From a virus: DNA of 64,000 nt. The notes beneath the pieces were generated by a model. The model worked only from the letters and a program-made list of their open reading frames with translations, was not told where the DNA came from and ran no database searches. The position numbers were made by a program, and so were the translations under genes. Location of the stretch: positions 21,133 to 85,132 of the IMG/VR virus record IMGVR_UViG_3300044695_003432; one strand, written 5' to 3'. Of this stretch, positions 1 to 10,391 are shown piece after piece (position 1 is the stretch's first letter; every line of letters begins with the position of its first letter).

Positions 1-3000
1 CAAACTCGCGGAGCAGGGCAGCGTTGGGCTTCTTTCCGCTCAGAATCCACTCGCCGACGCGGTGCTGCATCTCGTCGCCCATGACGCGATAGAAATAGTC
101 CTGCGTCTGCTGCGCACCCGTGACGCGAGAGCCGAATCGACCAATAGAGGCAACGGCGTTCTCGGCTTTGCCAAGGGCGGCGTCAATGCCGCTGATCGGC
201 GTTTCCATGACGTGCGTGCGTTCGGAAATCCACGACGCGCCACGGCCCGTCATAAACTCGAACATCCGCGCGTTCTTGTTCGAGAGCGTGCCGTCCGCGA
301 TGCGGTCGGTCAGCTCTGACACGGCGGGAACAACAGACTTTGCCGCCGTGCTGATGTCGGTTACGAGGTGGGTGATCGGCTCGCCCGCGTTGGTCATGGT
401 GTAGTAGTGCGAAGAAAGCAGCGTGCTTCGGAGCGCGCTACGGGCCATGCGGCCCACGCGAACGAGGTAGTGGTACTTCGGATCGGTCACGCGAGGGATG
501 CCCACGGCCATGCGGTACATGTCCTCGATGCGGGCGATTTCCCATTCAATCTGCGTGCTGGTCTGGCCCTGCTGCTTGCCGGTGTATTGCAGATACGCCT
601 TGAGGTCGTCGAAGGTCTTGAGTTGGACCCCGTTCTCCTTCGACAGACGCCGCATGAGTTCCTTGTGAACAACGCTGCCGTGGGCACGCCGAATCTGCTT
701 CTTGCCAAGGGCGGCAATGTCGTTCTCTAGCAAGTCCTCGATGGCAAGTTTCTCGCCTCGCGCGGTGACGTGGACGTAGGTTTCGTCGATGTCGATGCGG
801 TCGCGGAGAGCGGTGGGCTTGCCCTTGTTCGCACGCCGAGCCTCAACGCGCTCGCGGAACAACTTGACCAACGCTTCCTTCTCGCCCTGATCCGTCATCG
901 TCTTGAGGACGACTTCGAGTTCGCCGTCCAGCATGTCAAGGCCAGGGTGCCGGTACTCGTGGCTTCCGCCGTTCTTGCGAATGTAACTGGCAACCATCGC
1001 GGCAATCTCGGGCGGATCGTCGGGGTTGGCGTTTTTGTACGCCTGTGCCAGAGCCTTGAGAACTTCGGCAGGGCCAATGTCCTTGTCGGCCTGACGCATC
1101 TTCCACTGAATCCACTCGCGTAGAACGTGGTTCTGCGTCTTGGTCGTGTCGGCACCTTCGAGGCCGTGCTTGAACATGACCGCCGCGCTCGGGTCGCTGG
1201 CACCCTTGCTGTACGCCTCGACGCCCTCCTTCATGCCGGGGATGTTCTCGTATTCGGCGTACTTGGGCGTTCCAAACCGACGCTTGGCCTTGGCAACCGC
1301 TTCCTTGAAATCGGTTTCGCTGAGTTGCCCGCCCTGCTTCTTGTGAATCTCGAAGGCGTTGAGCAACCGCGTCTGATACACGTTGTCCATGCCAGCCGAG
1401 TGATACTCGGCCCACTTGATACCAGCGGTCTTGACGCCGACCAGCTCGCCGGTGCGGGCGTTGACGCGGGCGAAGTCGAAGCCAAGCACGTTGGCGGCGA
1501 TGCGGGCGATTGGATTTCTGCTCGCGCTCGCCACGACGTTCATCGCGCGGGCGGTCGTCCACTTGCGAAGGCCAGCCGCCCACGGCACTTCGTCGCCGAT
1601 GTTGTGGACGATGAACATGCCCGCTTCGAGGTTGGGCAGTTTGGTCGTAGTGCCGGGATCGCCGACAAACGCCGGGTCGTTGGCCGAAGCCGCACCCATC
1701 GCCGGAGCGGGCGGGTTGGCTGCATCGGCGAGAGCGTCGGTCGCGGCGGTCAGGCGGGCGTCGAATCGAGCGTTCTGATTTTGGGCGACAATCTCATCCG
1801 ATGTCAACGCCTCCACGTCTGGCGGCAGGTCGTCGTCCACCGACTCGACCATCTCCAGCACGCCAGCACGCTTGGCCTCCATCCGCTTGCGGGAGAAGGT
1901 GTAGCCGAACTCATTGGCAAACTTACGGGTGAAGTTGGCTTCGAGCGTGGCCTTCAACTCGTCCACAGTCAGGCCGAGCGTGTCGGCGAACAGTGGGTCA
2001 AGGTCGTCGGCATCCACAATGTCAACGCGGCGACCGTCCGTGACGGCCCGCTTGTTGGCAACGCGGGCGTCGCTCGCGTCAATCGCCTGTGCCTGCAACT
2101 CGGACGCACCGGGGAACAGGCGGTCGAGCGCGTCGATGCGGGCCTGCTCCTGCGCGTCGAGCTTCTGCAAGCCCGTGATAGCCGACTGGCGGCGAGTAAC
2201 TTGCGGGGCATCTGGCTGCTTGATCGGCGCGAACTTGAGCGGATTGGGCGATGTGTCGGGGACGTTGAGTGTCCCGCCGAACGCGGCCAGGCGTTCCGTT
2301 GCCGCCGAGCGTCCTGCGAACGTCGTGTCGAGGACTTCGCCAAACTGTGCGTATCGGCCCTGTGCGGCACGCTGCAACGCCGGAGCGTCTTCGATGTCCG
2401 CAAACACCATCGCTTCGGCGGCGTCTCGCGGGGCGATCGTGGGGCCAAACTCCGCAAGCCGTCCACGGGCGAGAGCGGCGCGGGGATCGGGCGGGGCGGT
2501 GTAGTAGTCCTTGAGTGACGCAAACCCGCCCGGAGAAGTAATGTCGTCAAGCGTGGTGTACGTCATGGACACCATCGGCTTGTCCATGAGGCCCGTAGCG
2601 GGTGCGGGCTTGCGATTGAGAACGCCAAGGATGGCGTCCACAACCGTTGCCCGGTCGTGAATCTCCCGCATCGCGGCTTCGGCGAGTTGCTGAACCTTGG
2701 GGTCCGGCGTGGGTGCGCCGGGCGGACGCAAACGCGCCTCGGCCAGTCCGCCAAGTCCGCCGAACGTACCGCCGAACAACAGGGCCGCGCTGCTCCCGAG
2801 AATGATTTCGTTGCGGTCCATGCCGCTCAAGCCGCCAACGACGGGGAAGGGCAGGGCCGAACCGATGCCGACGCCCGCGCCGACGCGAACGAATCCGCCG
2901 CCAGCACGCGAACCAATGGCACCGCCGACCGTTCCGCCGAACGCCGACAAGCCCGCAAGGGCCACGTCCGCGCCGCGAATGTCGGGGTTGACCGACGCAC

Positions 3001-3532
3001 GGAACGCCTCCATGCCCACGGCAGGAACGCCCGCCATGAATCCGGCTCTGGCGTAACTCGCCATGCGAGCCGCACGGGTTGCGCCAACCGCGCTACCAAG
3101 TCCGCCCGACAGCGCGCCGATGATGGCCTGCTCGGGAAGTTCCGCCACCACGCGGGCGAACACGCCGCTCCAACCAGCCTGCTCAAGCGTCCGCCGCCGA
3201 TCCATCTTCGAGAGGTTGTCAACGTAGAGGCTGTAGAGGTGGTCCGCGCTGACGGCGTTCTCGTACTTGTACCAGAGGTCTTCGTCGATGCCATCGGTCA
3301 CGGCGTCGATGTCCGTCCGCTTGGGCGACCAGTTGGGGTCGGCAGGGAACGACGGAACAAGCGCGGCGTTCGCGGCTTCGCTCAGGAAGTTCTCTCGCCA
3401 TCCAGCCGGGAACGCGCCAAAGAAGCCAACGGACTCGGCCTGTTCCGACGCCGGACGCGGTGCGGCGGGGTCGGTCGTAACGAGGTCGATCGGATTGACG
3501 CGATCGTACCCGAGAAGGTTTGTGCGGCTCAT
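1..3532 (-). CDS. Large internal virion (ejectosome) protein, T7 gp16-like; runs off the window start
   Basis: ATG at 3532 overlaps the upstream stop (TAATG); translation MSRTNLLGYDRVNPIDL... stayed open in the parts I translated; absent from the ORF track, consistent with no in-window stop; follows the gp15-like gene. Confidence 0.75.
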   Translation of the reverse strand, partial: MSRTNLLGYDRVNPIDLVTTDPAAPRPASEQAESVGFFGAFPAGWRENFLSEAANAALVPSFPADPNWSPKRTDIDAVTDGIDEDLWYKYENAVSADHLYSLYVDNLSKMDRRRTLEQAGWSGVFARVVAELPEQAIIGALSGGLGSAVGATRAARMASYARAGFMAGVPAVGMEAFRASVNPDIRGADVALAGLSAFGGTVGGAIGSRAGGGFVRVGAGVGIGSALPFPVVGGLSGMDRNEIILGSSAALLFGGTFGGLGGLAEARLRPPGAPTPDPKVQQLAEAAMREIHDRATVVDAILGVLNRKPAPATGLMDKPMVSMTYTTLDDITSPGGFASLKDYYTAPPDPRAALARGRLAEFGPTIAPRDAAEAMVFADIEDAPALQRAAQGRYAQFGEVLDTTFAGRSAATERLAAFGGTLNVPDTSPNPLKFAPIKQPDAPQVTRRQSAITGLQKLDAQEQARIDALDRLFPGASELQAQAIDASDARVANKRAVTDGRRVDIVDADDLDPLFADTLGLTVDELKATLEANFTRKFANEFGYTFSRKRMEAKRAGVLEMVESVDDDLPPDVEALTSDEIVAQNQNARFDARLTAATDALADAANPPAPAMGAASANDPAFVGDPGTTTKLPNLEAGMFIVHNIGDEVPWAAGLRKWTTARAMNVVASASRNPIARIAANVLGFDFARVNARTGELVGVKTAGIKWAEYHSAGMDNVYQTRLLNAFEIHKKQGGQLSETDFKEAVAKAKRRFGTPKYAEYENIPGMKEGVEAYSKGASDPSAAVMFKHGLEGADTTKTQNHVLREWIQWKMRQADKDIGPAEVLKALAQAYKNANPDDPPEIAAMVASYIRKNGGSHEYRHPGLDMLDGELEVVLKTMTDQGEKEALVKLFRERVEARRANKGKPTALRDRIDIDETYVHVTARGEKLAIEDLLENDIAALGKKQIRRAHGSVVHKELMRRLSKENGVQLKTFDDLKAYLQYTGKQQGQTSTQIEWEIARIEDMYRMAVGIPRVTDPKYHYLVRVGRMARSALRSTLLSSHYYTMTNAGEPITHLVTDISTAAKSVVPAVSELTDRIADGTLSNKNARMFEFMTGRGASWISERTHVMETPISGIDAALGKAENAVASIGRFGSRVTGAQQTQDYFYRVMGDEMQHRVGEWILSGKKPNAALLREF

Positions 3533-5685
3533 TAGTATGGGTTGATAACGCTGCGCTCGTACTCGATCAGGGCGTTGTCGGCAGTGCGGGTTTCCCGCGA
3601 CTTGATGCCGGAGTCGATGCGGTCCTTGCCAGCATCTTGACGACGCTTCTTGTCTTCCTCGAAGCGGGCAATCAGGCCCGCCGAGGTGTAAGTAAACCGA
3701 CGATCCGGGTCCGCCGCCGGGAGGCCACGCTTGCGGACGGACCACAGATCGTCGCGTCCGGGCACCAACTCGAACGCGAAGTCGTCCGTGTCGGCACCGC
3801 TCTCGCCGACGTATTCGTTGATGATCGACATGGACAACTGCTCGAAGTTGTCGCGGAGCGGGGGCGTCAAGCCCTTGGCGTCCATGTTGACGTACGCGCC
3901 GTTGATGAGCTTGGTAGACGCCTTGATTTCCTCTGCGGCTTCGGACACCGCAAGGTCAGCGGGCATCCCAAAATCCGCCTTGGCTTCGGCGATGGCGCGG
4001 AGGCGTTCCAAGACCTGATGGCTGTTGCGGCTGGAAGTGTCAAGGCCGAGAGTGTTGCGTCCAGCCCTCTCCACAACCTTGTCGAACACCTGCTTGCGAC
4101 GGAACGCCTGCACGTCCTCGGACACCGAAGCACCCTCGACCGCAAGCCGGATGGCAACGGCGGGGTCGCCACCGGCCACCTTCATGTTGTCAAGTGCCGC
4201 GTCAAGGAAACGCCGCGTCTTCGGGTCGGTCACGCCGCGTGCCCAATTCGGATCGCGTTCCCGAATCTCTTTCCATGTGTTGAGCGCGTTCATCGTCGCC
4301 GGGGAAGGCTGACCGCCCGTGGCGACTCGCCCCGCCTGACTCACACCGATCTTGAGTTCGCGGTCAAACTCCGGCGGATACACGCCGTTCTCACGGGACC
4401 AGTCAATCACGCGCGGGAGCCGCGTCATCATGTCGCTGGTTGCGTCGATGCGGCTGAGTTCCGCTTCCATCACCCGCTTCTGCGTTTCCTCGCCGGAAAC
4501 CTTGACCGTACCGCCAGAGGGCAGTTCGAGTTCTTCGTCAACGATCGACGCAAGGGGAACGCCCGCCTGCACGCGAGACTGCACGCCTTCGATGTAGCCC
4601 CTAGTGACGTACTCCTTCTCGGCACGCTGGACGTGCGGGAGGATGCGGTCGTACACGTCAGGGTCGGACGTGGCGAGCGACGCAAGGCTGTCGGTGTACG
4701 GGGTGCCGGACTGTGCGGCTGCGATGATCGACGCGCCCTGCTGCATAGCCGCGTCCTTGCGAACGGCATCGGCGCGGTTGTCGATGATGTCTCGCCACTG
4801 GTCGGCCCGACCGGGTGCCAACTGCTGATTTTCGTTGAGAGCGTCCACTGCCGATCGCACGGCGTCAAGCGGCATCCCGTTATCCAACATGCCGAGGATC
4901 ATGGCGTTAGCCTGCTCGTACTGGTCGGACTGACGGGAGAGTTTCGCCGCTTCCAGCCGCGCGCGAAGCGGGTCAACGTCCGTGGCAAACGTGCCTTCGG
5001 GAAGTGCGGACGCCAGCCGGGCAAACACTTTTTCGTTCCCCGTCGCCGCCGCCGTCTTCAACCCCGGCAGAATCACGCCCGCGTAGACCTGCTGCTCGGT
5101 GATTCCGGGCAACGCACGCGCGCCCGCAAGAGCCTCGTCAACATCTCCGTTGTACGCCATCTCGCCAAAGCCATTCATCGCCTCGGCGTTCTTGACGTTC
5201 TGACGCTGGCCGAGCTTGACGCGAGCCATGTCAGCAATCTTGTCGGTCGCGTTCTTGCGGTACGCCTGCTTCCACGCTTCGCTCTTGCTGGCGTACTGCG
5301 TCTCGATCTGGGCTTCTACAAGGCTGCTCGCGTACTCGGACGGCTTCACGCCATCGGGAATGACGTTGGGGTCTTCGTCGAAACTCCGGGCCACGTCGAT
5401 GTTGTCGAGACTGGACCGATTGAACGCCTCGCCCTTGTCGGATACTTCCTGCCGCGACCGTTCCTCGGCACTGACCTGCCCCGCCGCCTGCGTGACCTGA
5501 CCGACAAGCCCGAACGCCTGCCGGAGTTCCGCAAGGTCGTTGCCCTGGTCAATCGCACCGACAGCCGGGACGTTGAACACCTGCAACGAATCGGTCTGGA
5601 TCGCGTTCTGCAACTGCTGGCCGTTGAGGAACGCGCCTCCGGGCCGTGCGCCGCGAAGGAGGGGAGCCGGGGAGAACTGTGTCAT
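3532..5685 (-). CDS. Internal virion protein, gp15-like
   Basis: 717 aa helical Ala/Gln-rich ORF between gp14-like and gp16-like genes. Confidence 0.7.
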   Translation of the reverse strand: MTQFSPAPLLRGARPGGAFLNGQQLQNAIQTDSLQVFNVPAVGAIDQGNDLAELRQAFGLVGQVTQAAGQVSAEERSRQEVSDKGEAFNRSSLDNIDVARSFDEDPNVIPDGVKPSEYASSLVEAQIETQYASKSEAWKQAYRKNATDKIADMARVKLGQRQNVKNAEAMNGFGEMAYNGDVDEALAGARALPGITEQQVYAGVILPGLKTAAATGNEKVFARLASALPEGTFATDVDPLRARLEAAKLSRQSDQYEQANAMILGMLDNGMPLDAVRSAVDALNENQQLAPGRADQWRDIIDNRADAVRKDAAMQQGASIIAAAQSGTPYTDSLASLATSDPDVYDRILPHVQRAEKEYVTRGYIEGVQSRVQAGVPLASIVDEELELPSGGTVKVSGEETQKRVMEAELSRIDATSDMMTRLPRVIDWSRENGVYPPEFDRELKIGVSQAGRVATGGQPSPATMNALNTWKEIRERDPNWARGVTDPKTRRFLDAALDNMKVAGGDPAVAIRLAVEGASVSEDVQAFRRKQVFDKVVERAGRNTLGLDTSSRNSHQVLERLRAIAEAKADFGMPADLAVSEAAEEIKASTKLINGAYVNMDAKGLTPPLRDNFEQLSMSIINEYVGESGADTDDFAFELVPGRDDLWSVRKRGLPAADPDRRFTYTSAGLIARFEEDKKRRQDAGKDRIDSGIKSRETRTADNALIEYERSVINPY

Positions 5686-5688
5686 GTG

Positions 5689-6207
5689 TTATGAGCCGTA
5701 GGGGAACCGATCGACCTTGGGCTTGTCGGGGAACAGTTGGTTGTAACCCTGACCGATCTGCAAGCCCGTACTCGCCCCACCCAACGCACCTTTCAGGCCC
5801 GCCAGCACGGGACTCTGGTAGTTGGCGAACAACTGGTCGATGCTGCTCTGCGTGCCGAGCCGGACCTGCTGCAAGGCGTTGCTGTAGTTCGTCTCGGTCG
5901 AGCGGTTGGCACGGGCGAAACTGCCGTCAATGCTGAACCCGAGGGCGTCGGTAGACGTGCCAACGCCACTCGCGCCACGATCAGCCGCCGACGCGAGAAG
6001 GCGACCACGAAGGGCTGCGGCTTCTCGGCGGTTCTGGTCTAACTGTTGCGACCGGCGTTCGGCCAACTGCTGCGCCTGCAAGCGGGCCGCGTCCTGCGTG
6101 TTATCCGCTTGCTTGCGGATTGAGCGATTCCGAGACTCGGCCTCGCCAGCCGCGAGGATTCCGCCAAGCAGCGCGCCGCCGCCAGCAATAGCCGCCACAG
6201 CACCCAT
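5689..6207 (-). CDS. Internal virion protein, gp14-like
   Basis: MGAVAAIAGGGALLGG N-terminus, coiled coil, ASGVGTS motif; start coupled to upstream stop (TAATG). Confidence 0.7.
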   Translation of the reverse strand: MGAVAAIAGGGALLGGILAAGEAESRNRSIRKQADNTQDAARLQAQQLAERRSQQLDQNRREAAALRGRLLASAADRGASGVGTSTDALGFSIDGSFARANRSTETNYSNALQQVRLGTQSSIDQLFANYQSPVLAGLKGALGGASTGLQIGQGYNQLFPDKPKVDRFPYGS

Positions 6208-6779
6208 TAGCCATCCCTCCCGGTATTGAGGTCCGTCAAGAACTCGATGCTTGGAACGACAACCCGCTTTGGTGTCGATGAGCGAACCGACCATGCCGCG
6301 TCAACGGTGTTGCCGTTGAGGTTGGCGCGGTACAGACCCTTCGCCGTCACGGTGCCGTCTGAGTTGCCACCGAACACGCGATCTGAGTTGGCACGCCCGG
6401 TCATAGCTCGCCGCACGGTAAAGCCGGAACTCATGTAGTACGCCACGTCCAGATAGCGAACGCACATCTTGCTCGTGAAGTCAGGGGAGCCGTCCGCCCG
6501 CATACGAACCGGATTAGTCGGGATGATGTACCACTCGTAGGTAATGCCCACGCACGCGGTCAAGCCGTTGTAGTTTCCGGTAACGGACACGGTGTAGGGA
6601 TACGTCGATGTGTTGAGCGTCGGGTTGGAAATGACCGTGCCCACGCTCGCGCCGGACCCAACAATCAGACAGTTGATGTTGATGTCCGCGTAGAGCAGCG
6701 TCCATGTCGTTGTGCCAGCCGAGTGCGTGCCGGTTGACAACTCCTGCCGACGATCCATGTGGGGCGTGAACTCAGGCAT
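6207..6779 (-). CDS. C-terminal part of the tail nozzle (tail tubular protein B) encoded as a separate gene
   Basis: PHMDRRQELSTGTHSAGTTTWTL resembles PVLLDRRVSV..TTVTLPW in the phage A nozzle C-terminus; own GGAGG RBS; ATGCCTGA overlap. Confidence 0.65.
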   Translation of the reverse strand: MPEFTPHMDRRQELSTGTHSAGTTTWTLLYADININCLIVGSGASVGTVISNPTLNTSTYPYTVSVTGNYNGLTACVGITYEWYIIPTNPVRMRADGSPDFTSKMCVRYLDVAYYMSSGFTVRRAMTGRANSDRVFGGNSDGTVTAKGLYRANLNGNTVDAAWSVRSSTPKRVVVPSIEFLTDLNTGRDG

Positions 6780-8406
6780 CCGCGCCTCCGCTCTCGCCCG
6801 ATGCGGACACGCTGGCACCAGTCATAATCAGGGTGCTGCTGGTAGTCATTGGCGAGCCAAGGGGCATTCCCTCAATCACAAACGAACCCTCGTTTTCCAA
6901 GAGGACATACAGCACGCCGTTGATGATCGCGGCGTCAAGCAGCACGTCGTTGGGACCAGAGAACTGCCACACGCTCCACGCTGTCTGCACCAGACGCCCG
7001 CCCTCGTAACCCCACCGCATGACATAGAAGTTGCGGTACTGATCGCTGGTGATGACGCCAATGAACCCCGAGTTGGTGTCGGCCACAACGCGTGTCGCGT
7101 TGGGCGGGATCAGCCCCTCGACATGCGACGACACCGGCATTGACGTGTAGGCAATCTGCGCGTCGTCGTAGACGTAGTAGTGAACCGCGCCAGTGTTGCG
7201 GTTTTTGACAAAGAACAGGATGCCCGTCTGGAACGGGGCGAGGGCCACGCCGTTCGTCGCGTTGAGCGAGGTGGACGGGGTAAACGAGACAGACGACGGC
7301 GAGAACGTATCGCCCGTCGTGGTCAACTCGAACTGACGCGCGCCGACAGCGGACGCAATGATCGACCGGCGAAGGGGGCATAGGCGGTCCAGGAACGTCA
7401 CGGACGGTCCCGGAGTCTTGACGACAACGGGATCGCTATCAACGACTGCCGGAGACGATCCGGCCAAGTCGTACCAATAGTCATTTAGCGAAGCTGTTTG
7501 GGTAGTGACGATGTACGGGCCAGCACCGATGACAAGCCGGTCCTGAAACAAGCACATATCCGCTACCTTGTTGCCGACTCCGCTATTGGGCGGGCCTCCA
7601 AACACCGGCAAAAGTGGGTTTGTCGTAGAGGTGCCACGCGATCCGCGCTGCTCCAAAGTCTCGTTTGCAAACTCAAACGTCAGCGGCGAGGTGCTGGTCC
7701 GCTTGATCGTGTACGGATACTTGGCTTGGTCAATCGCGCCAGTCGTGTTGTTGCCCTCCATCGCAACCGTGCCGTTGGCGATGTAGGTGTAATCAAGGAC
7801 CGAGCAGTATCGAAAATCTGCTGCTATTGGATTGTTGAGGGCGAAGTAAGTGGCCGGGGTTCCGCTTCCAGCCGCAAGCTCAGCCTCTTTCGCAAGTACG
7901 TTTCCAACGGGGACAATGCGGGGGTACGGGCTTGCGCTTGTTGCCGGACCCTGCACAAGCAGGTACACCTCGTCCTTGTCGCGGAAGATCGGGTGAAGCC
8001 GGAGTTTGGTGCCAAGTGCCCACTGTGCCCAAATGGTTGCAATCGTGCCGGTGCCGCCACCGCTCGTTGTCACGCCCGTAGCGGTGAACGTGCCGGACGT
8101 GACCTTGACGGTGATGTGGTTGCCGCCGTCCGAAATGGAGACGATGACGCCAGAGAACGCGGGCGAACCAGTAGTGCGGCTAACAGTCTGTCCAACGGAC
8201 CACGATCCAGACTTGCCGGTGATCGAGAATCGCAGCGTGCCGAGATTGGCAACCAGCTTCGTGCCAGAGCGGGTAAACGCCCCATACGCCGGGCTGAAAT
8301 CTGAGTTGAGCGCGTCTTCGACCTGCGACGGATGCCGCAAGTGAGCCGGTTGCTTGGAGATTCCCCCGTACAGCGACGGCTTCGAGACGATTGTTTGTTC
8401 TGGCAT
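6772..8406 (-). CDS. Tail nozzle / tail tubular protein B, N-terminal part (T7 gp12-like)
   Basis: PSLYGGISKQP N-terminus, FQDRLV, DSDPV and AWSVW motifs. Confidence 0.85.
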   Translation of the reverse strand: MPEQTIVSKPSLYGGISKQPAHLRHPSQVEDALNSDFSPAYGAFTRSGTKLVANLGTLRFSITGKSGSWSVGQTVSRTTGSPAFSGVIVSISDGGNHITVKVTSGTFTATGVTTSGGGTGTIATIWAQWALGTKLRLHPIFRDKDEVYLLVQGPATSASPYPRIVPVGNVLAKEAELAAGSGTPATYFALNNPIAADFRYCSVLDYTYIANGTVAMEGNNTTGAIDQAKYPYTIKRTSTSPLTFEFANETLEQRGSRGTSTTNPLLPVFGGPPNSGVGNKVADMCLFQDRLVIGAGPYIVTTQTASLNDYWYDLAGSSPAVVDSDPVVVKTPGPSVTFLDRLCPLRRSIIASAVGARQFELTTTGDTFSPSSVSFTPSTSLNATNGVALAPFQTGILFFVKNRNTGAVHYYVYDDAQIAYTSMPVSSHVEGLIPPNATRVVADTNSGFIGVITSDQYRNFYVMRWGYEGGRLVQTAWSVWQFSGPNDVLLDAAIINGVLYVLLENEGSFVIEGMPLGSPMTTSSTLIMTGASVSASGESGGADA

Positions 8407-8407
8407 A

Positions 8408-9199
8408 TCAGGGCATCACGGGAACCCACTCGCTCAACTTGATCGACCGCTCAAGGACGTTCGTGCCCTTGAGCATGTTGTCCATCCGCTCGAAGTCGAG
8501 TTGGGCAAGAGCCTCACGTTGTCCAAGTTTCTGGTCGTCGGTCACGCCGCGCTTCTTGTCCCACTGGAACTCACGCGCCGCCTTGCGAGCGACGTACTCC
8601 TGAATCCACTCAGGCGTTTCATCCCACGTCCGCACCGTGATCGCGTCGATATAGATGCTGCCGGTGAAGGTCTGGGTATCCTGGTCCTCGTCGAACAGGA
8701 AGCCGTTGTAGACGCCAAGCCGTTTCCACTCGCGGCGAGCGGGGCGGATGAACATGAACGCCGTCTCGGGGACGGCGTGGAAGGCTGACGTGATCGCGGC
8801 GGTAGCGGTGACAGTGGCGCGGGTAGCACCAGACGTGCCGCCAGTCAGGGCACCCGAGGCGTTCCACGTCCCCGACACGGTATCGACGTACACCTTGCCG
8901 CCAGTCTCGTACCGGAACTTGCCGGTGGCACCAGACACAGCCTGCGTGATCGTCTCGTCGTAGGTGAACGTGCCCGAACCGCCCGACGCGGTGACGGTGG
9001 TATCCGGCAGCGTGAGTTCCACTTCCTCGCGCGTGTTCGCCGCCGTGCCGTAGCCACGCCCGCGTAGGACAATCTTCAACTGCCGGTCAATCTCGCTCTC
9101 GGCCTCGCCCGCGTCGGACGTTCCGCCCGTGTCCAAAGCGGTCACAGCCGGGTCGCCAAGTGCCCGGATGCAGATGTTCACGGCGTCAAGTTTCAGCAT
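8408..9199 (-). CDS. Tail adaptor / tail tubular protein A (T7 gp11-like) with a ~75 aa insertion
   Basis: KLDAVNICIRALGDPAV N-terminus and WDETPEWIQEYVARKAAREFQ motif. Confidence 0.85.
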   Translation of the reverse strand: MLKLDAVNICIRALGDPAVTALDTGGTSDAGEAESEIDRQLKIVLRGRGYGTAANTREEVELTLPDTTVTASGGSGTFTYDETITQAVSGATGKFRYETGGKVYVDTVSGTWNASGALTGGTSGATRATVTATAAITSAFHAVPETAFMFIRPARREWKRLGVYNGFLFDEDQDTQTFTGSIYIDAITVRTWDETPEWIQEYVARKAAREFQWDKKRGVTDDQKLGQREALAQLDFERMDNMLKGTNVLERSIKLSEWVPVMP

Positions 9200-9201
9200 G
9201 G

Positions 9202-10389
9202 TTATCCACGGAAGGAAGCGATGCGACCATCGGGGGTCAGCATCTGCGTGCGACGGACCTTGACAACAGTGGTTCCGCCGCCGCCAGTCTCGATCTGGTC
9301 AATGACGGGGATCAACAGCGGGAACTTGGTATCCACGTCCGTCCAAGTCGTGCCGTCAGACGACGACGTGTACTGGAACACGTTGGCGGCGGTGCCGAAG
9401 AAGGTGTTGCGCTCGCTGGAGGCCGCCCATTCGACGTTTGCAAACTGGAGGATCGCGTTTGCCGTTGCGTCGGGCTTGAGGAAGATTCGCACCACGTCGC
9501 CAGCCTCAACCTCCTGCGGCGGAATCGGAATCTGCGTAAGGATGATGCCGGGGTTGGACGAAATGGCCGAGTAGAAGTTGTACGTCGCCGTGCCCGTGGT
9601 CTTGAGCGTGGTGCCGTCGCTCTCGTAGACGTTGATAACGAACTCGGGATTTGAGTTGGCGGCGGGACGCCACGCCACCCAGAACGACGACACGCGGCAA
9701 CCAAACTGCGCGTCCCAACGAAGCCCGCGACGGTTGGGGCTGCTCGCCGAGTTCCAGTTGGTTTCATTCGTGTAGGTCGGAGCGTTCGATGCGTTGACCG
9801 TGACCTTGCCAGTCTGGTCAACCGTCCACGCGGTCGGGCAGTTGCCCGTGTGTGCCCACGAACCGCTGACAAGCGTGCTGTAGTGGGGCAGCGTGAAGTT
9901 GGTCAGCCACGTCTGGTAGCCAGCGCGAATCGTGATCGTGTTGGTGGCGTTCAGGCCCGATCCGGTCGTGCCCGTGCGGACGGTGATAGCCACCAGCCGA
10001 GGGCCGGGGCCGGGATTGGTGTAGGTGTCAACGAACTCGTGGCTAACCACGGTGCCGCTTGTGAGTGCCGAGCCAGGGCTGTCCTCGACCACCATCGGGG
10101 CCGAGCCGCCGCCCGTGCTGGTCAACGGCGTGCCGTCAGGACGGCCACCGTAACCCGCACCGCTGTTGGTAACGCCCTCGATCGAGACGTTGTACGTCGG
10201 GGTGCCAACCGGCGCACCGCCGCCAATCAACTTCGCCGCCGAAATGGTCTGGCCGGGCTGGAGAACGACGATCGCCGCAAAGACGTTGTTCGCCGGAGTC
10301 GCGCTGTTGAGCGTGATCGTCGCGTGAGTGGCGAAAGGAAGCCGCCCCAGCCCGATCTGCGGGGCAGGGTTGATGTTGGTAAGTGCCAT
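9202..10389 (-). CDS. Putative virion surface / receptor-binding protein (beta-rich)
   Basis: Thr/Gly/Ser/Trp-rich 395 aa ORF in the structural module; start MALTNINP inferred. Confidence 0.5.
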   Translation of the reverse strand: MALTNINPAPQIGLGRLPFATHATITLNSATPANNVFAAIVVLQPGQTISAAKLIGGGAPVGTPTYNVSIEGVTNSGAGYGGRPDGTPLTSTGGGSAPMVVEDSPGSALTSGTVVSHEFVDTYTNPGPGPRLVAITVRTGTTGSGLNATNTITIRAGYQTWLTNFTLPHYSTLVSGSWAHTGNCPTAWTVDQTGKVTVNASNAPTYTNETNWNSASSPNRRGLRWDAQFGCRVSSFWVAWRPAANSNPEFVINVYESDGTTLKTTGTATYNFYSAISSNPGIILTQIPIPPQEVEAGDVVRIFLKPDATANAILQFANVEWAASSERNTFFGTAANVFQYTSSSDGTTWTDVDTKFPLLIPVIDQIETGGGGTTVVKVRRTQMLTPDGRIASFRG

Positions 10390-10391
10390 AG

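Noticed and set aside
3520-5694. Long plus-strand ORFs (also 1127-2518, 31255-32901, 52605-54170)
   Set aside because: Antisense shadows of GC-rich minus-strand genes with no recognisable motifs
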